Shown here piece by piece: positions 20,593 to 29,724 of a stretch of 64,000 nucleotides of DNA. The DNA comes from an uncultured Mageeibacillus sp. GTDB lineage: Bacteria; Bacillota; Clostridia; Saccharofermentanales; DTU023. A program made the position numbers and the translations under genes. Location: positions 22,321 to 86,320 of the forward strand of contig CAYFVK010000002.1 of the NCBI GenBank assembly GCA_964346695.1, written 5' to 3'. Every line of letters begins with the position of its first letter. Positions within the stretch are counted from its first letter, which is position 1. The notes under the pieces are model-generated. The model was given only the letters and a program-made list of their open reading frames with translations. It ran no database searches and was not told the origin of the DNA.

Positions 20593-21972
20593 TTATTCCG
20601 TATCGGATAGTTTGATTTCAGCGGCGATTTTTTTCAGCTCGGGCAGAAGCATTGACCGCTGATTTTTTATTTTTTCTTCCAGGACGAGGCTGAAAATCCG
20701 AGTCAGAGCAAGGCCGATTTGTTCCTTTTTTAGACCTATGGCCATGGCATCATAGCCGTTTATTTCCAAATCACGTACGGTAAAAGCCGGTTTTTCCGCC
20801 TCGATTTCGGCAAGCAATGCCCGGATTGTTTGAGTATAGGTTAAGCGCTCTTCAAATAAGTCCGGATTCTGTCCCAGACTGTCGGCAAGCTGTAATTCCA
20901 CCAGCTCTTTGACTGTACTCAGGCCGATTTTGGAAATGCGCCTGCGCAGAAATTTCTTTTCGGCTTTCAGAGGCTCGATATGATATTTGACTAATTGATA
21001 CACTCGCTCAATAGTTTTTTTATCAAAACGTAAATTTTCCAAACTTTGTTTGGCGATTTCAGCGGATAGCGGAGCATGTCCGTAAAAATGTCCCTGCTTA
21101 TTTTCATCTAAATGAAAGGTTAAAGGCTTGGCGATGTCATGATAAAGGGCGGCGAGTCTTAAAGTCAGCTGCCCGGGCGATCGGGCGACGACTTCCGCGG
21201 TATGGCGGTAGACGTCATAGATATGAAAGGAACAATGCTGATCAAAATCGAAGGAGGCGGCGATTTCCGGGATAAAAACGGCAAAGATCTCACGATAATC
21301 CAACAGAACCGGTTTGACAAAATTACCGGTTATGAGACGGGAAAATTCCTGATTGATCCGTTCCGGAGCAATTTTATTTAAGTTTTCAGCTTTCCTCAGA
21401 ATAGAGGCTCCGGTTTCCGGTTCGATTGCGAAGCCCAGCACGGCGGCGAAACGTAGAGCGCGCAGGATGCGCAGAGCGTCTTCTGAAAAGCGCTGATCGG
21501 GATTGCCGACGCAGCGAATGATCTTGTTACGGATATCGGCTAAGCCGCCGTAAAGATCGATCAGGCCTCTTTGCGGATGCCAGGCCAGTGCATTGATTGT
21601 GAAATCGCGGCGCGCCAAATCTTCCTCGATCTCAGACGAGAAGGTGACAGCACTGGGTCTGCGCCCGTCAAGATATTCCTGATCCCTGCGAAAAGTCGTA
21701 ACTTCGAAAGGTACTCTGTCAAAAAGGACGCTGACCGTACCGTACTTGATTCCGGTCGGAATAACCGTTTGATCCTTGAAAATACGAAGGACTTGTTCCG
21801 GTTTCGCGGCTGTCGTGATATCGAAATCATGCGCCGCATTTCCCATCAGCAAATCGCGTACGGAGCCGCCCACCAAATAAGCGGCGAAGCCTGCCTGTTC
21901 GAGTCGGCGGAGGATTTCGTAAACGGGTTCAGGAATCAGATCAGGATTGATTAGGGGCGTGACATTGTACAT
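20593..21972 (-). CDS. cca: CCA-adding tRNA nucleotidyltransferase with HD domain
   Basis: YLVGGSVRDLLMG, DFDITT and RRD..Y..GRRP head-domain motifs, plus the C-terminal HD segment LAALYHDIAKP. Confidence 0.85.
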   Translation of the reverse strand: MYNVTPLINPDLIPEPVYEILRRLEQAGFAAYLVGGSVRDLLMGNAAHDFDITTAAKPEQVLRIFKDQTVIPTGIKYGTVSVLFDRVPFEVTTFRRDQEYLDGRRPSAVTFSSEIEEDLARRDFTINALAWHPQRGLIDLYGGLADIRNKIIRCVGNPDQRFSEDALRILRALRFAAVLGFAIEPETGASILRKAENLNKIAPERINQEFSRLITGNFVKPVLLDYREIFAVFIPEIAASFDFDQHCSFHIYDVYRHTAEVVARSPGQLTLRLAALYHDIAKPLTFHLDENKQGHFYGHAPLSAEIAKQSLENLRFDKKTIERVYQLVKYHIEPLKAEKKFLRRRISKIGLSTVKELVELQLADSLGQNPDLFEERLTYTQTIRALLAEIEAEKPAFTVRDLEINGYDAMAIGLKKEQIGLALTRIFSLVLEEKIKNQRSMLLPELKKIAAEIKLSDTE

Positions 21973-22678
21973 GGGAATCGGCTTCCTCGACTAAACATTT
22001 GACTACATGATAAGCGCAAAGCAATCCGCAGACGGACGGCACATAGGACAGGGATGAAATCATGCCCGGACTTTTGAAGGCAGGTTTTTCGGGCGAAAAA
22101 ACGACTGTATGCTTCTTGATATTTGCCTTTTTTAAGCGGCCGCGCATAACTTTGGCGAGAGGATCATTGCAGGTTTTGAAAATGTCCGTGATCTGAAAAG
22201 CGGTCGGATCATATTTATTTCCCGCACCCATCGCCGAGACGATCGGAATGTTTTCTGCCTGCGCGTTGACGATTAAGTCGACTTTGGCGTTGACGTCGTC
22301 AATCGCATCGACAATAAAGGTCGGAGTTTCTACCAGAAAAGAAAGTCCTGAATTTGCCTGATAGAGCAAATGGTGACTGATTACGGCGGCTTCCGGATTG
22401 ATATCTTTCAGGCGAGCGGAGATTACGTCGACTTTCGGTTGCCCGATTGTGGAGTGAAGCGCGCATAGCTGGCGGTTCAAATTGGAGGCTTCCACGATGT
22501 CCTTGTCAATTAATTCTAAATGGCCGATGCCCGCGCGGGCTAATGCTTCGGCTGCGTAGGAACCGACTCCGCCGAGTCCGAAAATGGCGACCTTGGCGTT
22601 TTTCAGCGCTCTGATTCCGCTCTCTTTGAGTAAAGGCAGAGAGCGTTCGAAAAGTGGATTGTTTAGAGTTTCGGACAT
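21941..22678 (-). CDS. tcdA: tRNA threonylcarbamoyladenosine dehydratase (ThiF/E1-like)
   Basis: VAIFGLGGVGSYAAEALARAGIGHLELIDKDIVEASNLNRQ. Its size and motifs fit TcdA/CsdL. It overlaps the cca start by 32 nt. Confidence 0.75.
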   Translation of the reverse strand: MSETLNNPLFERSLPLLKESGIRALKNAKVAIFGLGGVGSYAAEALARAGIGHLELIDKDIVEASNLNRQLCALHSTIGQPKVDVISARLKDINPEAAVISHHLLYQANSGLSFLVETPTFIVDAIDDVNAKVDLIVNAQAENIPIVSAMGAGNKYDPTAFQITDIFKTCNDPLAKVMRGRLKKANIKKHTVVFSPEKPAFKSPGMISSLSYVPSVCGLLCAYHVVKCLVEEADSHVQCHAPNQS

Positions 22679-22687
22679 TTTTTCAGC

Positions 22688-23677
22688 TTAATTATCGGTA
22701 AAATAATTTTCCAGAGCTTCCAGTGAATCTTCCGGCAGCGGTTTAAATTGTTTGATCGGCAAAGGCGCTAAAAAGCCCCAGTCCTTAAAGCGGATCTGCT
22801 CGTCTCTGGTTGTCAGCACGGCTTGAATCAAGCCGGTAGTCTGACTTTCCAACGTATCAATATAATGCACAATCGCCGCGGTGACCGTGGTCGGACGATC
22901 GGCGTAGTCGCCGTGATGTCCGGCGATCACGCTTTGCACATGACGATAAAAAGTTTCGCCGTATAAATCGACGATTTCGTCATAATATTTGGCGATCAAC
23001 TCAATGCCCCTGACCCGATGATTAGCGTACCAGAATTCGGCGGGAGCTAAATTATCATATTCAAAGACTTTGCCGATATCGTGTACAACGATTGAGAAAG
23101 CAAGCAGATCAGCGCATTCCGATAGTTCTTTATTGTTTTCCAGCATTGCGGCGAGTATGTTCAGCATTTTGCTGGTGTGATTGACCAGCCCGCCGATTTT
23201 ATTGTCATGGTAAAAAACAGCGGCTCCCTCAACGCTGAAACGGCCGTTAACCTCTTCGTCAGCGAGAATTTTCTGCACCAATTGCCAGCATTGATCGCTC
23301 ACGCCTCTTTCTTTCAATTTCAGGGTTACATCCCGCCATTGTTTGTTGATATAATCTCTCGGAATGCGAGGTAAAAAATCAGCTTTTGAGATGGAGGTAT
23401 CGCGGCTGGGCTCAATATTTTTCACCGTGAAATAGAAGCCGTTAAATTCAGCGCCGATGACTTCGGCATCATATAAGCCGGTGCCGTTCGCCTGTACGAT
23501 GGAAAAGATTTCTTCTTCCCAAATTTTGAATTCAAATTCCTCATCCAGCTGCAAAAATTTACCGACCATATAATCATTCTTTTTGCCGGAGCGTATATTG
23601 GGCGGGGTATTGATCAAAACCGTTCCCTGCGATAATTTTCCGTTTTCGGCGGCAGCCTTTAAATTTAAAATTGCCAT
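22688..23677 (-). CDS. OB-fold plus HD-domain protein, YhaM-like 3'-5' exoribonuclease
   Basis: The N-terminal OB-like segment reads NDYMVGKFLQLDEEFEFKIWEE. HD motifs are IVVHDIGKV and IAGHHGDY, followed by VHYIDTLES. The architecture matches B. subtilis YhaM. Confidence 0.6.
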   Translation of the reverse strand: MAILNLKAAAENGKLSQGTVLINTPPNIRSGKKNDYMVGKFLQLDEEFEFKIWEEEIFSIVQANGTGLYDAEVIGAEFNGFYFTVKNIEPSRDTSISKADFLPRIPRDYINKQWRDVTLKLKERGVSDQCWQLVQKILADEEVNGRFSVEGAAVFYHDNKIGGLVNHTSKMLNILAAMLENNKELSECADLLAFSIVVHDIGKVFEYDNLAPAEFWYANHRVRGIELIAKYYDEIVDLYGETFYRHVQSVIAGHHGDYADRPTTVTAAIVHYIDTLESQTTGLIQAVLTTRDEQIRFKDWGFLAPLPIKQFKPLPEDSLEALENYFTDN

Positions 23678-23836
23678 TTTATTACCTCGAAAGTCTATGA
23701 TAAAGCATATTTATTTTCTATTAGTTTACAATGAAAAATATAGCAATACAAACGCGGATAAAAATCGCTATAATAAATATATCGATCAGGAAAGCTGAAT
23801 GATTCAGATCTTTTTGCGAGTAGGTTAGAGGGAAAT

Positions 23837-24943
23837 ATGCGAACATTAAAAATAGCTCTTATCGGCTGCGGTGTGGTTTCGAGAAAGCACCTGAAAGCGA
23901 TTCGTTATTATAGCCGTAAACGGAAAAATGCGGACTTTAGATTGTCTTTATCCGCCCTGATCGATCCGAATCAGAAGGCGGCAGAAGGCTTGTTGGCGGA
24001 TTACTCTCTTTCCGATAGCGAAACTCCGGTCCGGATTTTTCCTGCTACGGACATCTTCTACGCCGCTGTGCGTGAGGGAACGATCGAAAAACCGGATATC
24101 GTGGCGATTACGACTCCGTCCGGTTTGCATTATGAGCAGGTCCTTGAGGCTCTGCGAAATGATTGTCATGTTTTCGTGGAAAAACCGATCACGCTTTGCC
24201 TGAAACAGGCAAAGGAGTTGCTGGAGCTGGCTTCGACCAAGCATCTTAAGATCGCAGTAGGGCATATTTACCGGTATTTTCCGGTCGTTTCATTATTGGA
24301 GCGGGAATTGTCAGCCGGACAATTCGGCAAAGCGCTGTATGGCAATGTGGTCATTCGCTGGGGACATGATCAGGCTTATTATGACTCGGCGGCTTGGCGC
24401 GGTACCCGGAACATGGATGGCGGCGCGATTATGAATCAGAGCATTCACGGGCTGGATTTGATGCATTGGCTTCTCGGAACACCGGAATTTCGCTCGGCAA
24501 AAGGGTCTGTGACAAGACAGCTGCATGAGATGGAAGCCGAGGATTTGGGTTTTGGAATTTTTGAATTTGCGGACAATATCTGGCTGAGCCTTGAGGGTAC
24601 GACCAATACGAATCCGAAGCGTCAGGAAGCGAGTTTTTTCGTAAAATATGAGAAGGCTGAAATCAGAGCGTCAATTATCAATAAAAAAATCAGTTTCTCA
24701 ATTCGTGATCAAGCCGGCAATGAGCTTAAAAATAAATACTTTCGCCGCTATTTTACAGCTTTGATCCGGGAATGCGGACTTTCTTATCTCAAGCAAATCG
24801 GCAATCCGCACAGTGCAATTTATTTTGACTTAACGCAGGCAATTTTATATGATGAAATTCCGTTGGCGGATGGTCAAAGCGGTTTTCGGGCGTTGCAGCT
24901 CGTAACAGCGCTTTATCAGAATGCCGGAGTTTCGACAGAATAA
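23837..24943 (+). CDS. Gfo/Idh/MocA-family NAD(P)-dependent oxidoreductase
   Basis: N-terminal Rossmann motif IALIGCGVVSRKH, then VFVEKPITL, typical of the family. Confidence 0.8.
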   Translation: MRTLKIALIGCGVVSRKHLKAIRYYSRKRKNADFRLSLSALIDPNQKAAEGLLADYSLSDSETPVRIFPATDIFYAAVREGTIEKPDIVAITTPSGLHYEQVLEALRNDCHVFVEKPITLCLKQAKELLELASTKHLKIAVGHIYRYFPVVSLLERELSAGQFGKALYGNVVIRWGHDQAYYDSAAWRGTRNMDGGAIMNQSIHGLDLMHWLLGTPEFRSAKGSVTRQLHEMEAEDLGFGIFEFADNIWLSLEGTTNTNPKRQEASFFVKYEKAEIRASIINKKISFSIRDQAGNELKNKYFRRYFTALIRECGLSYLKQIGNPHSAIYFDLTQAILYDEIPLADGQSGFRALQLVTALYQNAGVSTE

Positions 24944-24980
24944 AAGGTACGAACTGCCGACACTGAAAAGAAAAAAAGAC

Positions 24981-25055
24981 GCCTCCTTAGTTAAATGGAT
25001 ATAACAAACCCCTCCTAAGGGTTAGTTGTGAGTTCGATTCTCGCAGGGGGTACCA
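24981..25055 (+). tRNA. tRNA-Arg (anticodon CCT), CCA encoded
   Basis: Manual cloverleaf: acceptor GCCTCCT/AGGGGGT (2 G-U pairs), D arm GTTA-AATGGATA-TAAC, anticodon arm AACCC-CTCCTAA-GGGTT, T arm GTGAG-TTCGATT-CTCGC, discriminator A plus CCA. Confidence 0.9.
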
Positions 25056-25064
25056 AGCCGGAAA

Positions 25065-25107
25065 GCGGTTATTGATACAATTTCGTGTATCGATAACTGC
25101 TTTTTTT
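25065..25107 (+). terminator. Rho-independent terminator of the tRNA-Arg(CCT) gene
   Basis: A 15-bp stem GCGGTTATTGATACA-atttcg-TGTATCGATAACTGC (2 G-U pairs) followed by TTTTTTT. Confidence 0.75.
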
Positions 25108-25216
25108 GTTTTGATTCTATTTTTGTCCGGAATGGAAAATGTGATTTCGTTTGTATGGATGATTTCACGCAGGGATGATAAAACAGCCTCAGTTTTCAAG
25201 GACTAAAAGGAATAGC

Positions 25217-25321
25217 ATGGGAGTTTCCTATGATAAACTTTTACATTTATTGATTGAACGACAAGTAAGTAATTCAGAGCTTATTAAAAAACTGGTTTTT
25301 CTGAAATGGTGCGTATACTAA
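25217..25321 (+). pseudogene. Remnant of a small XRE-type HTH regulator gene
   Basis: MGVSYDKLLHLLIERQVSNSELIKK resembles the N-terminus of short Cro/C1-type HTH proteins. The frame then runs into LVFLKWCVY*, and the expected recognition helix is missing. Confidence 0.3.
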
Positions 25322-25350
25322 AGGTTGTTTTATGGAACAATAAGAGAATA

Positions 25351-26167
25351 ATGAAAAAGACAATAGATTGGGGTGATAAATATACTCTTACCTGAACAGT
25401 TAATTGAAAAGCTCAAAAGCAAAGGTGTAAAATTTGAATTGTATTCAGAAGAGGATGCGATTGATTTTATAAATTATCACAACTATTAGGTAAAGTTAAC
25501 TGCTTATAGATCGAATTTCAGTAAACATAATAATCAATATGTAGGCTTAGACTTTCTATCTTTGAAAGATTTATCTACTATTGATATGCATTTAAAGCAT
25601 CTAATTTTGAAGGCCACACTAGGCATTGAACATTCTCTCAAAGTGAACGTTCTTAAAGATATTCAAGAAAGAAACATAGATGAGTTTCAGCTGGTTCGTG
25701 ATTATTTATCTCGGTTTAACAGGGTTCTAGATGTACTAAATGAAAGACGGAATAGTAGCTATGTGAAGAATTTATTATCTAAATATCCACACCCGGATTA
25801 TCCGATTTGGGTATTTCTTGAAGTAATTTCTTTTGGTGAATTTGTTAACTTTTATAGATTTTATTGTGAAACATATAACTGTGGCTCTTTGGATTATAAA
25901 ATTCTATATAGTGTTCGTGATATTCGTAATGCTGCTGCTCATAATAACTGTATTATTCACAATTTTCTTGATAAGAGTGGTTATTATAAAAAAGAAGTTG
26001 TATCTAAAGTACAAGTTCTTGTACCAGGGCTAAGATTAGGAACAATACGAGATAGATTAAAGAATCAGTCTGTGCAGGATTTTGTTTCAATTTTGATTGC
26101 ATTGGATACAGTTGTTATGAGCAAGGAATTTAAAAAGCAACTCTTGAGCGAATTTGCTACACTATAA
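25351..26167 (+). pseudogene. Abi-like (Abi_2/AbiD-F type abortive-infection family) gene, disrupted by one frameshift and one in-frame stop
   Basis: ATG 25351 gives MKKTIDWGDKYTLT*. The reading continues in another frame as LPEQLIEKLKSKGVKFELYSEEDAIDFINYHNY, then an in-frame TAG (25487-25489), then VKLTAYRSNF... The intact 3' part (ORF 25562-26167) carries SVRDIRNAAAHNN, the conserved Abi_2 core. Confidence 0.6.
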
Positions 26168-26259
26168 CCTACAAAAACGTTACACGATAAGGTATGGCAA
26201 GCTTTACAACAGCCTTAGCGGGTGCAGCGTCCGCAAGTACAAATTGCTCTTGATTTTCG

Positions 26260-26892
26260 CTATTTTTTGCTTTCATACTCATATCCTCCTTGAATGACAC
26301 CATAGAGTAATATATTTAATGCTTTCAAACTGCTTTCCTCCCTTTCAGCAAAAGCATGACCGTCCGGATCCGTCATGTGCCAACGGGCGTTGATAAAATC
26401 CTGAAACTGACGAAAAACTTCAATCACTTCTTCAATTGACATGTCAGGACGCAGCGACGCGGAAGATAGCAGATTGCGCAATATTTGAATGTTCAGTTGA
26501 TCAAATTTCTGTTTGCTTGTCTGAATTGCGGTGCTCAGATGAGATGGAGGAGAAATGACCGCTTCGCAGAAAATCCTTCTATATACGGGTGATTCCCGGA
26601 AAAAAGATGTGCGCAGTCTAAAATAATTTTTCAACTGATTTTCAATGGAAGTATCTGTGTCGGAAATATTATTTTGTATATATTCTGTCAGCCGATGAAA
26701 GCATTCGTCCACACAGGCCAGATACAAGGCATCTTTCGTTTCGAAATAGTGATAGACAATGCCCTTGGAAAGATTCTGAGCAGTGCAGATTGTATTGATT
26801 GAGCTCGCTCCGTAACCCCGGCTCGAAAACTCAGCCAGAGCACTGTCCATAATTTTTCGTTTCATTTTTTGACTTTTTTCAGAACGTTCCAT
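26260..26892 (-). CDS. TetR/AcrR-family transcriptional regulator
   Basis: N-terminal HTH region: KIMDSALAEFSSRGYGASSINTICTAQNLSKGIVYHYFETKDALY. I prefer ATG 26892 (MERSEKS), preceded by a GGAGGG RBS. Confidence 0.85.
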   Translation of the reverse strand: MERSEKSQKMKRKIMDSALAEFSSRGYGASSINTICTAQNLSKGIVYHYFETKDALYLACVDECFHRLTEYIQNNISDTDTSIENQLKNYFRLRTSFFRESPVYRRIFCEAVISPPSHLSTAIQTSKQKFDQLNIQILRNLLSSASLRPDMSIEEVIEVFRQFQDFINARWHMTDPDGHAFAEREESSLKALNILLYGVIQGGYEYESKK

Positions 26893-26946
26893 ATTTTTCC
26901 CTCCTATAAAATAGACCACTAAGTTAATCCTGAACGAATTTAGGAC

Positions 26947-26963
26947 AAATAGACCAGGTGGTC
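26947..26963. promoter_or_regulatory. Candidate TetR operator in the tetR-hppA divergent region
   Basis: Inverted repeat GACCA-gg-TGGTC. The 10-mer AAATAGACCA occurs twice (26909-26918 and 26947-26956). Confidence 0.3.
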
Positions 26964-27270
26964 AATTATCTTTTTGATAAATTTTTTTGTTAATTAAGTC
27001 TTGGATAGTGCATTTTATCTACCTTAGTCAGATTGCAAAACTTTATGTAAATCTACTGTTTTTCACTGTGGATTTTTTGATTATGGGATGGTTTTTACAG
27101 CAAGAAAAAATTGTTATATAAGTTTGTGATTTTTGGCTTTCTTGATATACTAACTTATGTTTGCTTGTGGTAAAAATGGTATGAATCCATTGATGATTTA
27201 TCTTAAAATAAACAAGCTGCGCTCAAAAGAGCGTAAATATGTGTAGATCCATTGTATGAGGAGGTTTATA

Positions 27271-29385
27271 ATGGAATTTTATATTGTCTTAGGTGTGGTT
27301 GTATTAACTGTCATCTATATTATCTACAATTATTTTCGTACTAAAAAATTAGAAGAAGGTACGGAAGAGATGAAAGAAATGGCACAGATCATTCGTGATG
27401 GCGCTATAACTTTCATGAAAACGGAATACAGGGTGATTTTTATTGTCACTCTGGTATTAGCCGTCGTTTTTTCTTTGTTTATTGAAAAAAGCAGCGGCTT
27501 AACTTTTTTATTCGGCGCATTAATGAGCAGTGCGGCTTGTATTATAGGCATGAGCAGTGCTACCTATGCCAATGTGCGAACTGCCAATCAAGCCAAAAAG
27601 ACTTTGTCTGTTGCGGAGACTGTTCGAGTCGCTTTGCGCGGCGGCAGTATTTGTGGCTTGGGTGTGCAGGCGTTCGGTATTTTGGGCGTGGTCATCATCT
27701 TATTAGTCACAGGCGTAGACCCTGAAGCAAGAGGCACGGGTTTTATTTCCAATTTAACCTGCAACCCGGATTTGATGCGCATTACAACTTATTCCTTAGG
27801 CTGTTCAGTAGTTGCCATGTTCAATCGTGTAGCAGGCGGCAACTATACCAAAGCAGCGGATATTTCGTCTGACATTTTGGCGAAAATCCGACATGACCTG
27901 CCGGAAGACGATAGCCGTATTCCGAATGTTGTCGCTGATTTTATCGGTGACAATGTAAATGATGTGGCAGGCAACTGTTCTGATTTGCTGGAAAGCTTTG
28001 TGGCCACTATTTCCGCAAGCATGATGATCGCGGTCACGATCTATAGCGGATCAGTCGCCAAGATTACAGAAGCTACTTTTAACGCGACCATCCTATTCCC
28101 GGTAGTATTGGCGGGAGCCGGCTTACTCAGCTGCTTGATCGGGCTCTTTATTTCGCTACAAAGAAAAATGAGCAATAATCCTTCCCGAAACCTGGATTTC
28201 GCTAATTGGGTTTCGGCGGGCTTAACCATTATTATCGGATGTTTTGTATCATATATTTTCTTCAAAGATGTTCCGCTCTATGATGAGTTTATTCTTGGCT
28301 GGATCAGCCCTTGGCTGTCCGCTGTGATGGGTATTATCAGCGGTATCGCGATTGGCGTTATTACGGAATACTACACCAGCAGCGACTATAAACCGACCAG
28401 AGAATTGGCGGAAATCGCGCATGAAGGCGAGGCTTTTATTGTTACGAAGGGTGACGCGATCGGTTCAAGATCCGCACTGTTACCGGTTCTTGTGATCGGT
28501 GTGGCTCTGTTTATTTCCGGTAAAATTTGCGGTACGTATGGAATCGCTATTTCAGCTTTAGGTATGCTGTCATTTGTCGGCGTAACGGTTACAATCGATG
28601 CTTTCGGTCCGATTGCCGATAATGCCGGCGGAATCGCGGAGTCTTGTCATTTATCTGAAGAAGTTCGTGAGATTACTGATAAACTCGACGCGGTAGGCAA
28701 TACTACTGCCGCGATCGGCAAAGGTTTCGCTATCGGTTCAGCGGCTTTTGCCACGGTTTCATTAATTGTCGCTTATGTCGGAAACTATACGACGATAGGT
28801 GAAATGCCGGTTTTGAATATCGCTTCTTTCGTAGTCATCGCAGGTGGTATTATCGGCGGCGCTCTGATTGAATATTTCTCAGCATTGCTGACCGATAATA
28901 CGATTGAATCGGCACGTCTGATGGCGGATCAGGGAGATGAAATGATGTCCGTGCCTGGTGTTTTGGAAGGAACGGTCAAACCGGATTACAATAAAGCGAT
29001 TGAAATGGCGGCAAAACAAGCCCTGCGCAAGATGCTGTTACCCTCAGTTTTAGCCATCTTTATCCCGATCGTCGGAGGATTCCTATTCGGCGTCGAATTT
29101 GTGGGCGGATTATTAATCGGCGCGACCATTGTCGCTATCCCGAGAGCGATCTTTATGGGCAATTCCGGAGGTGCTTTTGATAACGCCAAGAAATATATAG
29201 AAGCTGAGAATATCGAGGGACAAGGCAAAGGCTCACCCGCTCATAAGGCTTCCGTTACGGGAGATACCGTTGGCGATACGAGAAAAGATGTGGTCGGCGT
29301 GGCGCTTGATATCTTTATAAAAACGATGTCTACGGTCGCTAATACCTTAGCTCCGATCATCAGTAAGTTTACATTGATTAAATAA
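27271..29385 (+). CDS. hppA: Membrane-bound ion-translocating pyrophosphatase (H+/Na+-PPase)
   Basis: GGNYTKAADISSD, DFIGDNVNDVAGNCSDL, DAFGPIADNAGGIAE, GNTTAAIGKGFAIGSAA, NSGGAFDNAKKYIE and TGDTVGDTRKD are diagnostic M-PPase motifs. ATG 27271 follows a GAGGAGG RBS. Confidence 0.92.
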   Translation: MEFYIVLGVVVLTVIYIIYNYFRTKKLEEGTEEMKEMAQIIRDGAITFMKTEYRVIFIVTLVLAVVFSLFIEKSSGLTFLFGALMSSAACIIGMSSATYANVRTANQAKKTLSVAETVRVALRGGSICGLGVQAFGILGVVIILLVTGVDPEARGTGFISNLTCNPDLMRITTYSLGCSVVAMFNRVAGGNYTKAADISSDILAKIRHDLPEDDSRIPNVVADFIGDNVNDVAGNCSDLLESFVATISASMMIAVTIYSGSVAKITEATFNATILFPVVLAGAGLLSCLIGLFISLQRKMSNNPSRNLDFANWVSAGLTIIIGCFVSYIFFKDVPLYDEFILGWISPWLSAVMGIISGIAIGVITEYYTSSDYKPTRELAEIAHEGEAFIVTKGDAIGSRSALLPVLVIGVALFISGKICGTYGIAISALGMLSFVGVTVTIDAFGPIADNAGGIAESCHLSEEVREITDKLDAVGNTTAAIGKGFAIGSAAFATVSLIVAYVGNYTTIGEMPVLNIASFVVIAGGIIGGALIEYFSALLTDNTIESARLMADQGDEMMSVPGVLEGTVKPDYNKAIEMAAKQALRKMLLPSVLAIFIPIVGGFLFGVEFVGGLLIGATIVAIPRAIFMGNSGGAFDNAKKYIEAENIEGQGKGSPAHKASVTGDTVGDTRKDVVGVALDIFIKTMSTVANTLAPIISKFTLIK

Positions 29386-29478
29386 GTAAAAAAATCCATA
29401 ATTGAATAAACAGCAACCCGAACGAAACATTACTTCTCTTAAGGGTGGTAACTGAAGTTCAAAATAAAAAATGCCGTG

Positions 29479-29571
29479 ATGGAGCAGAATTTGCAAGGAA
29501 ATCAGTCCTGTAAAACTGATCAGAACATGTCAACTCAGACTTTTGATCTTTTCCTTGCGGTTTTGCTCCAT
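29479..29571. repeat. Long imperfect inverted repeat (~22-nt arms, 48-nt spacer) downstream of hppA
   Basis: The left arm is ATGGAGCAGAATTTGCAAGGAAA. The right arm TTTCCTTGCGGTTTTGCTCCAT is the reverse complement except for the central 5-6 nt. The spacer contains nested hairpins (ATCAGT..ACTGAT, GATCA..TGATC). Confidence 0.5.
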
Positions 29572-29724
29572 TCTTGAAATTAGAAAACGCCGTATTCTGC
29601 TTTCCGAAAGGATCCTGTTCCTGATCATGATAATCTGATTGATTACTTAATATAAGAGCGATCCGCTTTCATCAATTTGTATAATGTCGAAACTCCGGGA
29701 TTTCAAAGACAAAGGGGGACTCGT

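Noticed and set aside
24987-25199. 70-aa minus-strand ORF in the ORF track
   Set aside because: It overlaps the tRNA-Arg(CCT) gene and its terminator on the opposite strand, and its sequence is dictated by the tRNA. It is spurious.
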